This document shows, one piece after another, positions 31,051-44,472 of a stretch of DNA of 64,000 bases. A model generated the notes under the pieces. The model worked only from the letters and a program-made list of their open reading frames with translations. It was not told the DNA's origin and searched no databases. This DNA comes from the human T2T-CHM13v2.0 reference genome, Homo sapiens. The stretch is taken from contig CP068257.2 in the NCBI GenBank assembly GCA_009914755.4, positions 42,112,001 through 42,176,000 on the forward strand. The letters run 5' to 3'. Numbering within the stretch: position 1 is the first letter of the stretch; every line of letters begins with the position of its first letter. Position numbers and translations under genes: made by a program.

Positions 31051-31215
31051 CCTCTTCTCATTCGTGCTTGTCCCCCGGAAAGTCATGTCCGCTGGAACCT
31101 CGGAATGTGGCCTTAATTTGGTAAACGGGTCTTTCCAGACATGGTTAGTTAACATGAGGTCATGCTAAATTAAGGCAGGCCTAAGTCCACACTGACTGAC
31201 GTCCTCATAAGAAGA

Positions 31216-31818
<603 letters not shown>

Positions 31819-31897
31819 TTTCAACTTTTTATGAAAAATTTCATACATAGAAAATGTCAGAAGATAGGTCAATGAAGACCTGTATTCCTGCCTGTAG

Positions 31898-32210
<313 letters not shown>

Positions 32211-32284
32211 TGTTAACAGTGTGCCATAGTTGCTTATCTGCATACACATATGTGCGTGTAATGATTTACTTTTTTGCAGAATGA

Positions 32285-32712
<428 letters not shown>

Positions 32713-32740
32713 ACCCCTGGTTTTAAAAATAAAGTTTCGA

Positions 32741-32893
32741 GCCGAGAGTGGTGGCGCCCGTGGTCCCAGCTCCTCGGGAGGCTGAGGCTGGGGGATCCCT
32801 GGAGCCCGCGAGGCAAAGGCTGCAGTGAGCCGAGATCGCGCCTTGCACTCCAGCGTGGGTAACAGAGCGAGACCCTGTCTCAGGAAAAAAATA
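32741..32893 (+). mobile_element. Alu right-half fragment (sense)
   Basis: gagccgagagtggtggcgcccgtggtcccagctcctcgggaggctgaggctggggg..gcagtgagccgagatcgcgccttgcactccagcgtgggtaacagagcgagaccctgtctcaggaaaaaaa. Confidence 0.85.
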
Positions 32894-32939
32894 CAAGTGG
32901 GGTTATAAATAAAATGAGATTAAAAAACAACAGATCTTT

Positions 32940-33240
32940 GCCTCAGAATCCCGACCCACCGCAGCCCCAGCGAGGCGCAGGCGCAGGCGCAGGCGCGCGC
33001 TCGCTGGTTCCGCCCATGCGCACAGGCAGGGAGCGCGCGCCCCCTCTGTAGCCTTCGGCCTCCGGGGGCTGCAGTTGCGCGGCTCGGCCACTGCGCGGCG
33101 GTGGCGTGCGCCTGGGCGGTGTCGCGGGCTGTGACGTCACGCCACGCGCCGGGGCCAGGAGGAGGCGGGCGCAGGAGGCGCGTGCTCAGTGTGCTGGGTA
33201 CCAGGCGACTCCGGGACAGGGGGTCTCGGCCGTCGGCGTC
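32940..33240 (+). promoter_or_regulatory. RRP1: RRP1 CpG-island promoter and 5' UTR region; the island continues to about 33700 across exon 1
   Basis: Abrupt switch from Alu-rich DNA to CpG-dense sequence (gcaggcgcaggcgcaggcgcgcgc, GC boxes, CRE TGACGTCA) ending at the first ATG (33241, strong Kozak gtcATGg). No upstream ATG in frame. Confidence 0.75.
33132..33139. promoter_or_regulatory. Perfect palindromic cAMP-response element TGACGTCA (CREB/ATF site)
   Basis: ggctgTGACGTCAcgccacgcg, 102 bp upstream of the RRP1 ATG. Confidence 0.6.
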
Positions 33241-33373
33241 ATGGTTTCGCGCGTGCAGCTCCCGCCTGAGATCCAGCTGGCTCAGCGCCTGGCGGGGAAT
33301 GAGCAGGTGACCCGGGACCGGGCGGTGAGGAAGCTCCGGAAATACATCGTCGCCAGGACTCAGCGGGCCGCAG
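33241..33373 (+). CDS. RRP1: RRP1 (NNP-1/Nop52) exon 1 coding part: MVSRVQLPPEIQLAQRLAGNEQVTRDRAVRKLRKYIVARTQRAA(G)
   Basis: ATG at 33241 with Kozak context. Translation matches the RRP1 N-terminus I recall. Donor cag|gttggc at 33374. Confidence 0.9.
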
Positions 33374-33894
33374 GTTGGCGGGGGTGTGGGCGGCTGGCGT
33401 CTCGGGGGCCGGCTGGGCTGGTGCGGGTGTGGGCGGCGGCGGCCGGAGCTGGGGGCCCTCCGAGCCCTGTGGAACCTCCACGTGGCCGGGCCGGGCAGGC
33501 GGGGTCCACTGGCCTGTTCCCGCTGTTACCGGCCCACGGCCCCCGCCGCCGCTTTCCCTCGTGGTGCGGTGACTCTGGTCCCTCTGCGAGAACGCTCCTC
33601 CCCAGCCCCGTAACCCCTTTCCTAGCTCAGGCGTCCCCTCCCTCCAGTAGACCATGTACTCCTGCTGCCCTGCTGTTTGGGCACCCAGTATTTTTCCCTC
33701 ATGGCAGCATTTCCCACTGTTTGCAGTTTTCTGTTTTGCGTTAATTATTGGATTGTTTTCCGATTTCCACTCGAGAGTACCTCTCTGAGGGCCGAGAATC
33801 TACTTCTTGTTCATGGTACCAGGTGGTTCTCCGAGCGTGGTCCCCCATCAGCAGTAGCATCCCCTGGACATTTGTTAGAAATACACGTTCTATG

Positions 33895-34025
33895 CCGGGC
33901 GCAGTGGCCCAAGCCTGTAATCCCAGCTACTTGGCACGTCGATGTGGGAGGATCACAAAGGCCCAGGAGTCCAGCCTGGGCAACATAGCAAGACTCCATT
34001 TCCATCGCAAAAGAAAAGAAAGAAA
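33895..34025 (+). mobile_element. Partial Alu (sense, monomer-like) in RRP1 intron 1
   Basis: gccgggcgcagtggcccaagcctgtaatcccagctacttgg..ggcccaggagtccagcctgggcaacatagcaagactcca..aaagaaaagaaagaaa. Confidence 0.75.
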
Positions 34026-34204
34026 TGCAAGTTCTAGGATCCCAGCCCTACTAAATCAGGACTGGCATCTGCTTTATGAAGCTGTTCAAGTGCTTCTGCT
34101 CCCCACACTCAGCCTGAGAACCACTGCTGCAGGAACAGGTTGCCAGACACATAGGACTTCAGTGAATGTCAACTGAGTAATGTTTTAAATTAAAATTTTT
34201 TGTT

Positions 34205-34502
<298 letters not shown>

Positions 34503-34960
34503 CAGTAATTTCTGTTTCTCTCGTAGTCTGAATGCCTGAGTTCACTTTCTTCTTTTAGTATTTGAGATATATTACAGGAGAGTGCAGAAGCCCTCAGTAT
34601 AATGCTGGATGAATTATCACCAACAGATTAACCTTGTGGCCACTGTCCAGCTTAGGAAACCGTCAAGGTTCGCAATTTTGAATTTCCAAAATGGAGTATG
34701 GTGCCTGATACCTTGTAGATCTCAGTCGGTTTTACTGTGTGCGTGAAGTAGCAGTTACCTGGAGTAGCCGCATAGCCACAGGCGCGGCAGGTTCTGGGTT
34801 AGAAGGATTGTTTGAAGGGGAGGGCCAGATTCTGCCCCCCAGTTGCCTTTACCGTAAGTGGGACTTTGGTCTCATTCAGGCAGTCACGTTTCTGTGGCTT
34901 CCTTTCTGGCACTCGAAGGTGTGGGATTCATTTGGTCCAACCGTTGCTGTTTTGATGCAG

Positions 34961-35043
34961 GTGGTTTTACGCACGACGAGCTGCTGAAGGTGTGGAAAGG
35001 ACTGTTTTATTGCATGTGGATGCAGGACAAGCCACTCCTCCAG
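34961..35043 (+). CDS. RRP1: RRP1 exon 2: (G)GFTHDELLKVWKGLFYCMWMQDKPLLQ
   Basis: Acceptor tttgatgcag|GTGGTTTT, donor CAG|gtgagtgg. Phase 1 entry joins g+gt = Gly. Nop52-family motif LFYCMW. Confidence 0.9.
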
Positions 35044-35119
35044 GTGAGTGGGGGGAGCAGCAGAGCAGGTACAGAAGCAGCGGGGGAGGATGGATGGGCA
35101 TCTGGTCAACCCAGTTTTT

Positions 35120-35460
<341 letters not shown>

Positions 35461-36182
35461 TAGCCTTGACGCTTGGTTCGGCACGGCTGGTGGGCCTGGG
35501 CCTTTGTTAGGTGAGTCTTACACTTGCTGAGGTGTTGATGTGATTGACTGAGCCGTGCACTGCAGCAGCACTGGCATGGGTGAAAACTGGGTTTTGTGTT
35601 TGTCCTGGGTTGCAAACAAGTGCTGAAATAGTGGAAACCACGGGGCGGAATTCAAGTCTCCTGAGACAAGGACGTCTCCTGCTAGCCTTTTCCAAACATT
35701 GTTTCTCAAATTGTGAATTTTGTGCTCTCCTTCAAAATCTCCTGGGTGGTGAGGGTACTTAGTTAAGTTCAGGTTCCTGGGCCATATTCCATGCCCACTG
35801 AATTATCAAGGGGAGGCTGTGAAATGTCCCTTAGCAAGTATTCTGGGCGATGGCTGGCACGGTGATGTAGGCAGATAGCCAGTGATCTATGGGGTCTCGC
35901 AGCCCTCTTCCTCCTGATGGTTAGGGGGCTGTGAGTCCCAAGGCTCCCTTCCGCTCTCCCACGTCCCTCTTTAACCGTGACTCTGTGGCTTAGGGCACAG
36001 CCTCTGTCAAGAGGGCAGTGCCTGCTGTGGTTGTGTGAGAGGCTGTTGACCCCAGCTGTCTAGAGGGGCCTCCCGTGGTTGTGTGAGAGCCTGTTGACCC
36101 TGGCTGTAGAGGGGTCTTTTGGAGCAGGGGTGAAACCTCCAGTGCACTGAGCTGAGACCCCCTGGAAGCCGACTCTCTGTGA

Positions 36183-36215
36183 TGAGTGAGTGAGTGAGTG
36201 GGTGAGTGGGTGGTT
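36183..36215. repeat. (GTGA)n/(GTGG)n microsatellite in RRP1 intron 2
   Basis: gatgagtgagtgagtgagtgggtgagtgggtggttgcgtgtgtgtc. Confidence 0.85.
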
Positions 36216-36282
36216 GCGTGTGTGTCATTGTGAGAGCCTGGTGCTTCAGGGGCTGAGGGCGTTTTTGTTGTTTCCTACACAG

Positions 36283-36340
36283 GAAGAATTAGGAAGGACT
36301 ATTTCCCAGCTCGTTCATGCTTTTCAGACCACGGAGGCGC
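36283..36340 (+). CDS. RRP1: RRP1 exon 3: EELGRTISQLVHAFQTTEA(Q)
   Basis: Acceptor tttcctacacag|GAAGAA, donor GCGC|gtgagtat; 58 nt, frame consistent. Confidence 0.9.
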
Positions 36341-36929
36341 GTGAGTATGCTCTGCTGTAGTTGGGTGCATTTGTAGATGTCAGAACCTCTGAGCATCAGA
36401 GCCACCAGACCCAGGAGGTTTGTGTTCTCAAATCCAGAGTAAGGAATGCCTAAGGGCAAGAGAGCGCCAGCTGGTGTCTGTGGGTGCTTAGCATGTGTGC
36501 AGTGCTGGTGTAAGTATTCAACATGGATTAGCTCATTTACCCAAAACCCTCATTTCGAGCCTAATGGGCTAATATCTTACACTTTAAAAATAAAGTGAAA
36601 AGCCAGGATAATGTCACCAAGAGATTGGACTGAATTCCGCCTGATGGTCCTGAGGTTCCTGCAGTTGATTTTTCTGACTCCTCTGTTCTCTGGTGACCGG
36701 AGTTGAGAAGTTCTTACCCTGCCTGTCTGTAGGACTCACTTGAGGAGCCTCTAAAAATCCTCATGTCCAGATCCTGGTCCAGCAAGATCCAGTTCTGGGG
36801 GTAGGGCCTGGGCATCAGCATTTTTTATCTATAGCTATGTAAAGAACGGGTTCCTCCATGTTCTCACCTCCCTCCCCAGAGTGGCTTCGTGCTCCTCAGT
36901 GGTTCTCTTCTGGCTTATTCCTTCTCCAG

Positions 36930-37015
36930 AGCACCTGTTCCTTCAGGCCTTCTGGCAGACCATGAATCGCGAGTGGACGGGCATTGACAGGCTGCGCCTG
37001 GATAAATTCTACATG
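36930..37015 (+). CDS. RRP1: RRP1 exon 4: (Q)HLFLQAFWQTMNREWTGIDRLRLDKFYM
   Basis: Acceptor ccttctccag|AGCACC, donor ACATG|gtgagg; 86 nt. Confidence 0.9.
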
Positions 37016-38799
37016 GTGAGGCAGCCACCAGGGTGCCGGCGGGCGGGGGCAGCGCGGGTCTCAGTGCCTGGCCAAGCGAGACAGGCGGCACCTGGGCAGG
37101 GAGGCAACCTGAGGCAGTGCGACCCTGAAGCCAGGGGTGGGAGGTGGAGCCGAGACTCTGGGCGGTCCCTGACCAGGGCTCTGCAGCTTTGTCCAGTCTC
37201 TGAGGGTCATTGAATGGGCAAGGAATTCGACCCTTAAAACACCACACAAACTTTTGGTTCAGAGAAGGAAAGTGACGATTGCTCTCCTGGTGAGAGTCGA
37301 TGGTGACACCGTTGTTACCTTGTCAAAGAGGCAGAGTGAGTCTGGAGGCGCAGCAGAGGAGCTGCGGTCACGCCCTAGCATGAGCCCTGGAGTGCTTAGC
37401 CTGCGAGGCTGGGATGGATGGTCACAGTGTGGGACTTCCTTTCCCTCCTCCCTCATTGTATCCCCGTTCAGGGCACTGATTTGCCCTGAGAATACAGGGG
37501 AACACTGGGGTTTAGAGGTGCAGCGTGTTGCTGCCCGGACCTGCTTCTCTCCTTCCCTCCTTCCCTCTTGTTGAACCATGAGGTCTCGTTACTAAGGTGG
37601 TGGTCATTGTAACCTTAGAGCAGGCCTGAGATACAGGGACATTGTCACTGTGTAGGAGTCGGTCACCCAATGGGGACACTGAAAGGGGCCATGTCCGGGT
37701 CTCACTGAGGACAGATGTTGATCTGCCACTCTGGCTTCAGTGTCCAGCTCAGATTCGGGCCAGGATTGTGCAGACAGCATATATACCAGTGATTCTAGAA
37801 GTGGAGACCAGGGCGGGAAAGGCCTGGAGCTCAAGAAGGAAGGAGGCTCCAGGGCAGGCCAGGGGCCCGGCCATGCACTCAGACAGAGTGCAGACTCTTA
37901 GGGACAATGGGGCTCTGCAGGGAGGCCACCCTACTGTTTTGCTGAGATGTGGCTGCTGGGTCCCTGGATGGATGCGTTCTGCTGCTTTCCATGGCTCGTT
38001 TCTGGGTGCCCCTTGTGTGGCTGAGTCCAGCAGCACAGCCTTGCGTCAGGGCTAGCCTCGGTGGCACCGCAGGGTGTTGTGGGGGATAGGCCTCCTGTGT
38101 CTGCAAGAACAGTGTCCGGGCTGCTGGGCTGTGCTCTGTCATCGGGGCTCCTGGGGGTCCGCGTGTCCTCTGCTGCTACTGACTGCAGCTCAGACCCCAC
38201 TCTGGGCGTGTGGGCATGCTGGGTCAGTAGCCTAAAGGGGGGACAACTGCAGAAGGGTGTTGAGCCCCATGGAGGGAAATGGCATTGTTGATTCACGGGT
38301 GAGGCTTGGCGGGAGGGCCTTCGCTGTGTAGTGGACCGCAGAGGAAGTGAGCTACATTCTGCCCGTTGCGGGGGGTTTGGTGAGGACCAGCCGTGTTTCA
38401 GACCTGGTTTTGCGGAGGGCTCCACCGCCCGTGGGGGTAGCCGTGCCTCTTTCCTGGTTCTCCCTTATGAATCGGACTGTTCCGTTTCAGCCCCGGTTTA
38501 TGGACTGGAGTCGTAGGACTGTCCCCTATTACCCCCGACCCCCCATGCACCTGCTTCCTGCCAGCTGGGGCCTTGGAGCCGGGGATAGGGCATGTTCTCA
38601 GCCCAGGGTTCTGAGGGCTTGGTGGTGTGTCCTCCAGCGTCTGTCTGTCAGCAGCTCTGGGGGCCGGCTGTGTGCTGGGGCCGGCAGAGGTCACCACGGC
38701 CATGACTTTATCCTGCAGCGGATGGTGGTACATGGGGATGGGTGGTCTGGCGAAGTAGGGCTGGGCTTCTGCTAACGCCAATCTCCTTCTGTGTCAAAG

Positions 38800-38861
38800 C
38801 TCATGCGGATGGTCCTGAACGAGTCCTTGAAGGTTCTGAAGATGCAAGGCTGGGAAGAAAG
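38800..38861 (+). CDS. RRP1: RRP1 exon 5: LMRMVLNESLKVLKMQGWEE(R)
   Basis: Acceptor ttctgtgtcaaag|CTCATG, donor GAAAG|gtgggt; 62 nt. Confidence 0.9.
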
Positions 38862-39182
38862 GTGGGTGCGCGGCGGGCCTGCTCTGGGGGGACGCTGTTC
38901 TCGGGGACCGCAGTCGTGTTTGTCATTTGATTCTTTGCCATAAGGAGATGTCAGCCTTTATATTAACGCATGCCCCCAATCGTGCTTAGAGAGAAGATAG
39001 TTTTTAAAGTAAAAATCAGTTTGTGTGTTTGTGGAAATGATGCCATTTATCCTCAGGCTTGGAGGCCAGTTCTCACTGGGAGTCAGAAGGGAGTTTTTTA
39101 ATGAAAGGGTGTCCAGCCGAGGAGCTTCTTATAAAAACACGGCATGTTCCGCTTCATTAGCAATGCTTTTTGTTTTTTTGAA

Positions 39183-39428
39183 ATAGGTGTCACTGTTGCC
39201 TAGGCTGGAGTGCAGTGGCGTGATCTTGGCTCAACTACAGCCTTGACCTCCCGGGCTCAAGTGATCCTCCTGCCTCAGCCGCCCAACTGGCTGGGACTGC
39301 AGATGTGCACCACCAGGCCCACGTAATTTTTGTATCTTTTTTTGGTAGAGACGAGTTCTGTCCTGTTGCCCAGGCTTGTCTCAAACTCTTGGGCTCAAAC
39401 AATCTGCCTGCCTAGGCCTCCCAAGTTG
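39183..39428 (-). mobile_element. Alu SINE (antisense, diverged) in RRP1 intron 5
   Basis: tttttgtttttttgaaataggtgtcactgttgcctaggctggagtgcagtggcgtgatcttggctcaactacag..ctgcctgcctaggcctcccaagttg. Confidence 0.85.
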
Positions 39429-39470
39429 TAAGCAATGTTAATTGCTCCTAATTCTAAAAATATGTAAATT

Positions 39471-39762
39471 GGCTGGGCGCGGTGGCTCACATCTGTAATC
39501 CCAGCACTTTGGGAGGCCGAGGCGGGCAGATCACAAGGTCAAGAGATCGAGACCATCCTGGCCACCATGGTGAAACCGTGTCTCTACTAAAAGTACAAAA
39601 ATTAGATAAATGCATAGAAAAGAATTAGCAGGCTGGTTATGGTGGGTTAAGGGGATCTCTTGAGCCCAGGAGTTTGAGGCTGCAGTGATCTGTGACTGAG
39701 CCACTGCACTCTAGCCTAGGTGATAGAGTGAGATTCTGGTTTTTTGTTTTTTTTTTTTAAAG
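39471..39762 (+). mobile_element. Alu SINE (sense, internally rearranged) in RRP1 intron 5
   Basis: ggctgggcgcggtggctcacatctgtaatcccagcactttgggaggccgaggcgggcagatcacaaggtcaagagatcgagacc..ctgcactctagcctaggtgatagagtgagattctgg..poly-T/A. Confidence 0.85.
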
Positions 39763-41032
39763 AATCAGCAGGAATTGAACTGTGGCTGCTGAGTTTCTCT
39801 AGGTTTGAGTTGCATGGGTGATTTTGCATTTAGGGCAGCGGTGCCTCTGGTTTGGAGGGATTTTCATTCTTCTATTCCCTGGCAGGACTCTGATGCCAGG
39901 AGTCTCATTCATTCTGGGCCTTAGCATTGTGGATTACCCCATAGGGGTCTCATGGCTTAAGCTGAATTAAATGTTAAAGGGATGATTTTACTTGTGTTAA
40001 CTTTTTTTGGCATATTATTACAAGAGTACTTTTCTCCCTGTAACTGAGAATTCAGCACAGGAATCATGTGGAAGACCTCGGTGCCTTCCCCCAATGCCTG
40101 CTGCGGTCCCAGTGCTGACAGTGGGGTCCGCTCTTCCCGCCCTCTTGGATCTCCTGCAGGCATAACCAGGCTGTCATTAATATCCACGCCATTGCCACTG
40201 GCCTGGGAAGTCGGTCCCTTGCATCTGTGTGTCTTCCTCTTGGTCTCAGCACCTGTTCTTGCCTCTGTCTCGTTTTTCCTGAGCCTTAGAGAGCATCACT
40301 TTTCCTTTCCATCACGAGTGATTCTCCAGCCTTGCTACGGAGCTTCCTAAGGATCACACAGTTTACAGATCTGAGTTAGGCAGCTGCGTTATTAAGCACC
40401 CCAGGAGGTCCAGATGCATGTAGGTGCTACACATTATTCTCTGGGGCTGTCTAGTCTTCAGATCCAGGGCCTGTGATGCCATCAAACCCGCCTGCCAGGG
40501 AGAGCTCTGGTGGACGTCACAGTTGGAATGCGTCGTGCGGCAGGGCCCAGGAAGCCAGCAGGTGGCTCATGGTCCTCGGCCCCTTTCTGGGCCTCCACCT
40601 TCCTTTCTCTGCCTGTGCTGTCCTGACGTGTCTTCCCCAGCGGTACCCAGTGGAGGCAGTGGAGAGGAACACCAGGCAGGGCGTCTCGTCTCAGCCAAGC
40701 CTTTCTCTCTGCTAGCAATCTTGAGGACAGAGGGAAGGCCTGTCTGAATGTTTACACGTGCTGCATTTTGTAGCTGACATGCACACTCAGGCCATACGTT
40801 CTGGTGGTGGTGCTGGTCACATAACTCCCTAACTGCAAGACTGCCTTGCGCTGGAGGAGACCTAGGATCGTTGATATCATCTGCGTGGACTTTAAGGCTG
40901 GCATGTTTGCAGACAGTGGCGCCTGCCCGCACTTAGGTTCCCATCAGAGCGTGTAACCATGGGAGAGTGGGGGGCACGGCTGTCTTGGGGCTCATCGAGG
41001 CTGCCTGTCATGTTTGCTTTTTCTTTCCTCAG

Positions 41033-41162
41033 ACAGATCGAGGAGCTGCTAGAGCTGCTGATGACTGAGATCCTGCACCCCAGCAGCCAGGCCCCCAACG
41101 GTGTGAAGAGCCACTTCATCGAGATCTTCCTGGAGGAGCTGACCAAAGTGGGCGCCGAGGAG
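41033..41162 (+). CDS. RRP1: RRP1 exon 6: (R)QIEELLELLMTEILHPSSQAPNGVKSHFIEIFLEELTKVGAEE
   Basis: Acceptor tttctttcctcag|ACAGATC, donor GAGGAG|gtgagg; 130 nt. Confidence 0.9.
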
Positions 41163-41241
41163 GTGAGGCTGGGCTCCGACGGGGCGGTGGAGCTGGGCGT
41201 TTGTGGAGGAGGAACTGAGCTCCCGCTGGCTTTCCCCGTAG

Positions 41242-41306
41242 CTTACGGCAGACCAGAACCTGAAGTTCATCGACCCCTTCTGCAGAATTGCTGCCCGGAC
41301 CAAGGA
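41242..41306 (+). CDS. RRP1: RRP1 exon 7: LTADQNLKFIDPFCRIAARTK(D)
   Basis: Acceptor ctttccccgtag|CTTACG, donor CAAGGA|gtaagt; 65 nt. Confidence 0.9.
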
Positions 41307-41517
41307 GTAAGTGGTGGGTGGCCTGATCGGGCCCGACTCCTTCACTGAGTTCTTCCATGGGGCTGCTGTTGTGGGGGTGCTGCTCCCTCGAGGGATGAAT
41401 CTGTCTCAGAGTGGCCGCTGGCCGTGTGGGTGGGGAGAGGTTGCAGGGGAGTCGGCGGCTTCCGCTTGGGAATCCAGCATAACGGGCCTGCTCACCGGCC
41501 TCTGCTCTGCCCCTCAG

Positions 41518-41711
41518 TTCCTTGGTTTTGAACAACATCACTCGAGGCATCTTTGAGACGATTGTGGAGCAGGCCCCGCTTGCCATTGAAGACCTCCTGA
41601 ATGAACTGGACACACAGGATGAGGAGGTGGCGTCGGACAGTGATGAGTCCTCTGAGGGTGGTGAGCGTGGAGACGCGCTGTCCCAGAAGAGGTCTGAGAA
41701 GCCGCCCGCAG
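41518..41711 (+). CDS. RRP1: RRP1 exon 8: (D)SLVLNNITRGIFETIVEQAPLAIEDLLNELDTQDEEVASDSDESSEGGERGDALSQKRSEKPPA(G)
   Basis: Acceptor ctctgcccctcag|TTCCTTG, donor CCCGCAG|gtgggg; 194 nt; acidic Ser-rich stretch. Confidence 0.9.
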
Positions 41712-43180
41712 GTGGGGGTCACACTGCGCCTGGCTTCTCCTCGGGGCCTGTCCTGGGCTGAGCCAGTGCGATCTCCTGCTGGGTTGCTCCTGCCACCTCC
41801 TACCTGGTCCCCTTGTCTCTGCCCCTCTCCACAGTCCATCCTCAGCATAGAAGCCAGAGTGACTTCTGTGGGCACCAAGCACACGTCGTTTCCCCTCATC
41901 CCCCAGCCTCTGATGTGCTCCACGCCCTCTCCGGACCCCTGGGCTCCTCGGTCTAACGCATGCCTCTGGCTCAGTTGGCCCCCTAGACTCGTTCCTGCCT
42001 TGGTGCCGAGTCTCTCCGTCCCTCCCACCGTCTCTCCCCCCATCACTCTCTGGGGCTGGACTCTTTCAGCCTCCTGGCCTCTCCCAGCCCCCAACGCAGT
42101 CCTCCCCATAGCGTCACTCTGTGGCACGGGATGTGAATCACTTGCTCCTCGTGTTCCTCGTTCCTGGCCCGTCTCCCCAGAGGACAGCAAGCTCTGTCCA
42201 TATTGACCATGACTGGGTTCAGGCCTGAGACCTCAGGGCACCTGACTGCTCTGTGTGCAGTGTGTGTGAGGGGCAGGTGTACTCACCTGCCCCTCACTGC
42301 CTGCCAGAGGCCTCTGTGGGCAGCCGTGGGGTCCAGCCTGGCCCATTTTTTGTTTTGATGCTGCACTCATTGTCCGAGCCTGCTGGGTGGTCTGAGCTCT
42401 AAGTGTGGCATCCTGGTGCTGTGGAGGGCATGTCTTTGACCACGCTCAGGACCCCAGTATGCCCCAAATCAGTGCTGTGGCCACTGTTCCCCTTGGCTTC
42501 CTAATCAGAAGACCCCCTCCCCACCGCCCCCAGCACTTGGCCCGGCCACCCTGTATGCTTCTCCCTGGTCTCTGCCTTGCCCTTCTCTCTCAGTAGCTGA
42601 GGTGCCTGGCAGGTCCGCTAGTGCCTGCTGCTGGCCCCCTGCTGCCAGCTACAGAGCAGACCCTTGTCACATGCTGCCCCACAGCTGCCTGTTGCCCAAA
42701 AACCTTTCTTCTGCAGACAGTGCCATCAAAGCCCCAAATGCCCAGCCTAGCTCGAGCACCCAGCCGAAACATCAGCTCCCACAGCTTCTGGACCAGGCCA
42801 CCCTGAGGCTCCTCACTTCCAGAACTTTTGACATGGCCTTTGTTGCCCAAGATGCCAGCTTGTAGTCAGCCACTCAGGGCTGTGTAGGCACCTGTGCCCT
42901 GGGACATCTTTTTTTCCTTTGCAGGCCTGAGGTGGCACCTCTCATCCTGTCCATACGAGATTAGAGGTCACATGGCACCTAGTATCTGCCTTGAGCTGTG
43001 GGCTTTCCCGCCTGTGCCCATGTTCTGACCAGGGTGCAGGGTGGGCTGTCCGTTCCCGGGTGTTTCCCGCCTGTGCCCGTGCTCCGACCAGGGTGCACGG
43101 AGCGGGCTCTCCATTCCTGGATGTTTGGGGCCAGCACACGTTGGGCACAGGTAGGGTTCACGGGGTCCCTTTTGTTCCAG

Positions 43181-43260
43181 GCTCCATCTGCAGGGCTGAA
43201 CCTGAGGCTGGTGAGGAGCAGGCAGGTGACGACAGGGACAGTGGCGGCCCCGTTCTCCAG
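43181..43260 (+). CDS. RRP1: RRP1 exon 9: (G)SICRAEPEAGEEQAGDDRDSGGPVLQ
   Basis: Acceptor ccttttgttccag|GCTCCA, donor CTCCAG|gtgggt; 80 nt. Confidence 0.88.
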
Positions 43261-44127
43261 GTGGGTTCCCTGGGCTCATGGCTGTGCCCTCAGCCTTTGC
43301 CCCTCTGTGCTACCGCTTGCTCTGGAAGAGGAGGGGGGCGTTAGGAGGGAGGATGGCAGCTGTTGGCATGGAGAGTTACCCGGACAGGGGTTAGCTTTGA
43401 AGGAGGGATGGGTGCCCCAACCCTGCCCGCCTGTAGACGAGTGGGATCATTGAGAGTGGGGCTGGGGCCTGGGAAAGTGGGGCTGGGGCCTGGGAGGGTG
43501 GGCTCAGGCAGAACTGCATTATCCAGGGCTGGCCTCACCTCACGCTGTCCTCTTGCCTCACACATGGGCAGCCCCCCAGATTTCCTGCGGCCCCCTCGTT
43601 GGGGTGCTGGTGGGGAATGAGATGGCATGTGCCAAGCGGCTGGCCTGTGGGTCCCAGCGAGGAATCCACTCAGCCAGTGGGGTCTGACTTCAGGCAAATT
43701 GGAAACTTAAATGTTTTAAGTTTTAAATATGATTATCTGCAGACTGAATAAAATGTGGCTATCTTGGGTTAAAATTGATCAATTTAACCTATGTTGTTCG
43801 TGCTTGTCTGTGTGGTTCCTAGAGTGGTAAAGCTGCAGGCAGGCTACCGGCGGGCGTGTGCCCTGCAGTGTGCCCCGCAGTGTGCATCTTCCAGAGTGTG
43901 CCCCGCAGTGCGTGCCCCGCAGTGCGCCCGCAGCTTGTGTGGTGCCCGCTGTGCTGTAGAGTGGGTGGAGCTGCAGGACCCTCAGTGAGGGTGGGCTGTG
44001 TTCCTGTGAGCCGGGTGGAGAACCTGCAAGTGGGACCAAGTGCTATCTGGGTCTCAGGGGTTCCACGTTCTCGGAGCACGCAGAGCGTGGCTGACCTTGC
44101 CTCTGTGACGTCTCTCTTTTGAAACAG

Positions 44128-44225
44128 TTTGACTACGAGGCAGTTGCTAACAGACTGTTTGAAATGGCCAGCCGCCAGAGCACCCCTTCTCAGAACAGAA
44201 AGCGTCTCTACAAAGTGATCCGGAA
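44128..44225 (+). CDS. RRP1: RRP1 exon 10: FDYEAVANRLFEMASRQSTPSQNRKRLYKVIR(K)
   Basis: Acceptor ctctcttttgaaacag|TTTGAC. Donor CGGAA|gtgagt is the only choice that keeps the frame with the following micro-exon. Confidence 0.88.
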
Positions 44226-44472
44226 GTGAGTGTGTGAGGGCGCTGCGTCCTCCCTGCTCCCCTTGGAGTTGCCCTTTCTTGCTCAGATCTGGGTGCCTTT
44301 GCCTTGTCCTGGGCCCTTCCGCAGCCCCCGGGGTGATCCCCGCTAGGACCCTGAGACCGTCCCCAGCCCCTGGGGTTCCCCTGGCTAGGAACCTGCAGCC
44401 GCTCTAGCTGGAGCTTCCTCCTCCTGCGGAAGCCGCAGCTGTGGTAAGTGGGTATCTGTCTTACTCTTTCAG

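Noticed and set aside
30024-31070. Possible CRISPR-like array (regular short repeats)
   Set aside because: Units are contiguous with no unique spacers, the genome is eukaryotic, and there are no cas genes. It is a minisatellite.
30024-31155. 345-aa and 351-aa minus-strand ORFs with periodic VGMSHAHSGYVARTQWVC motif
   Set aside because: Direct translation of the 20-22 bp VNTR; the frames are stop-free only because the repeat unit lacks stop-complement trinucleotides.
33106-33744. 212-aa ORF suggesting an N-terminally extended or unspliced RRP1 product
   Set aside because: The ORF starts at a GTG, not ATG; there is no in-frame ATG upstream of 33241. Beyond 33373 it reads through the exon-1 donor into intron 1. 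The true protein continues in exon 2 at 34961.
41492-42190. 232-aa minus-strand ORF antisense to RRP1 exon 8 and intron 8
   Set aside because: Antisense shadow ORF over a GC-rich coding exon; no recognisable domain.
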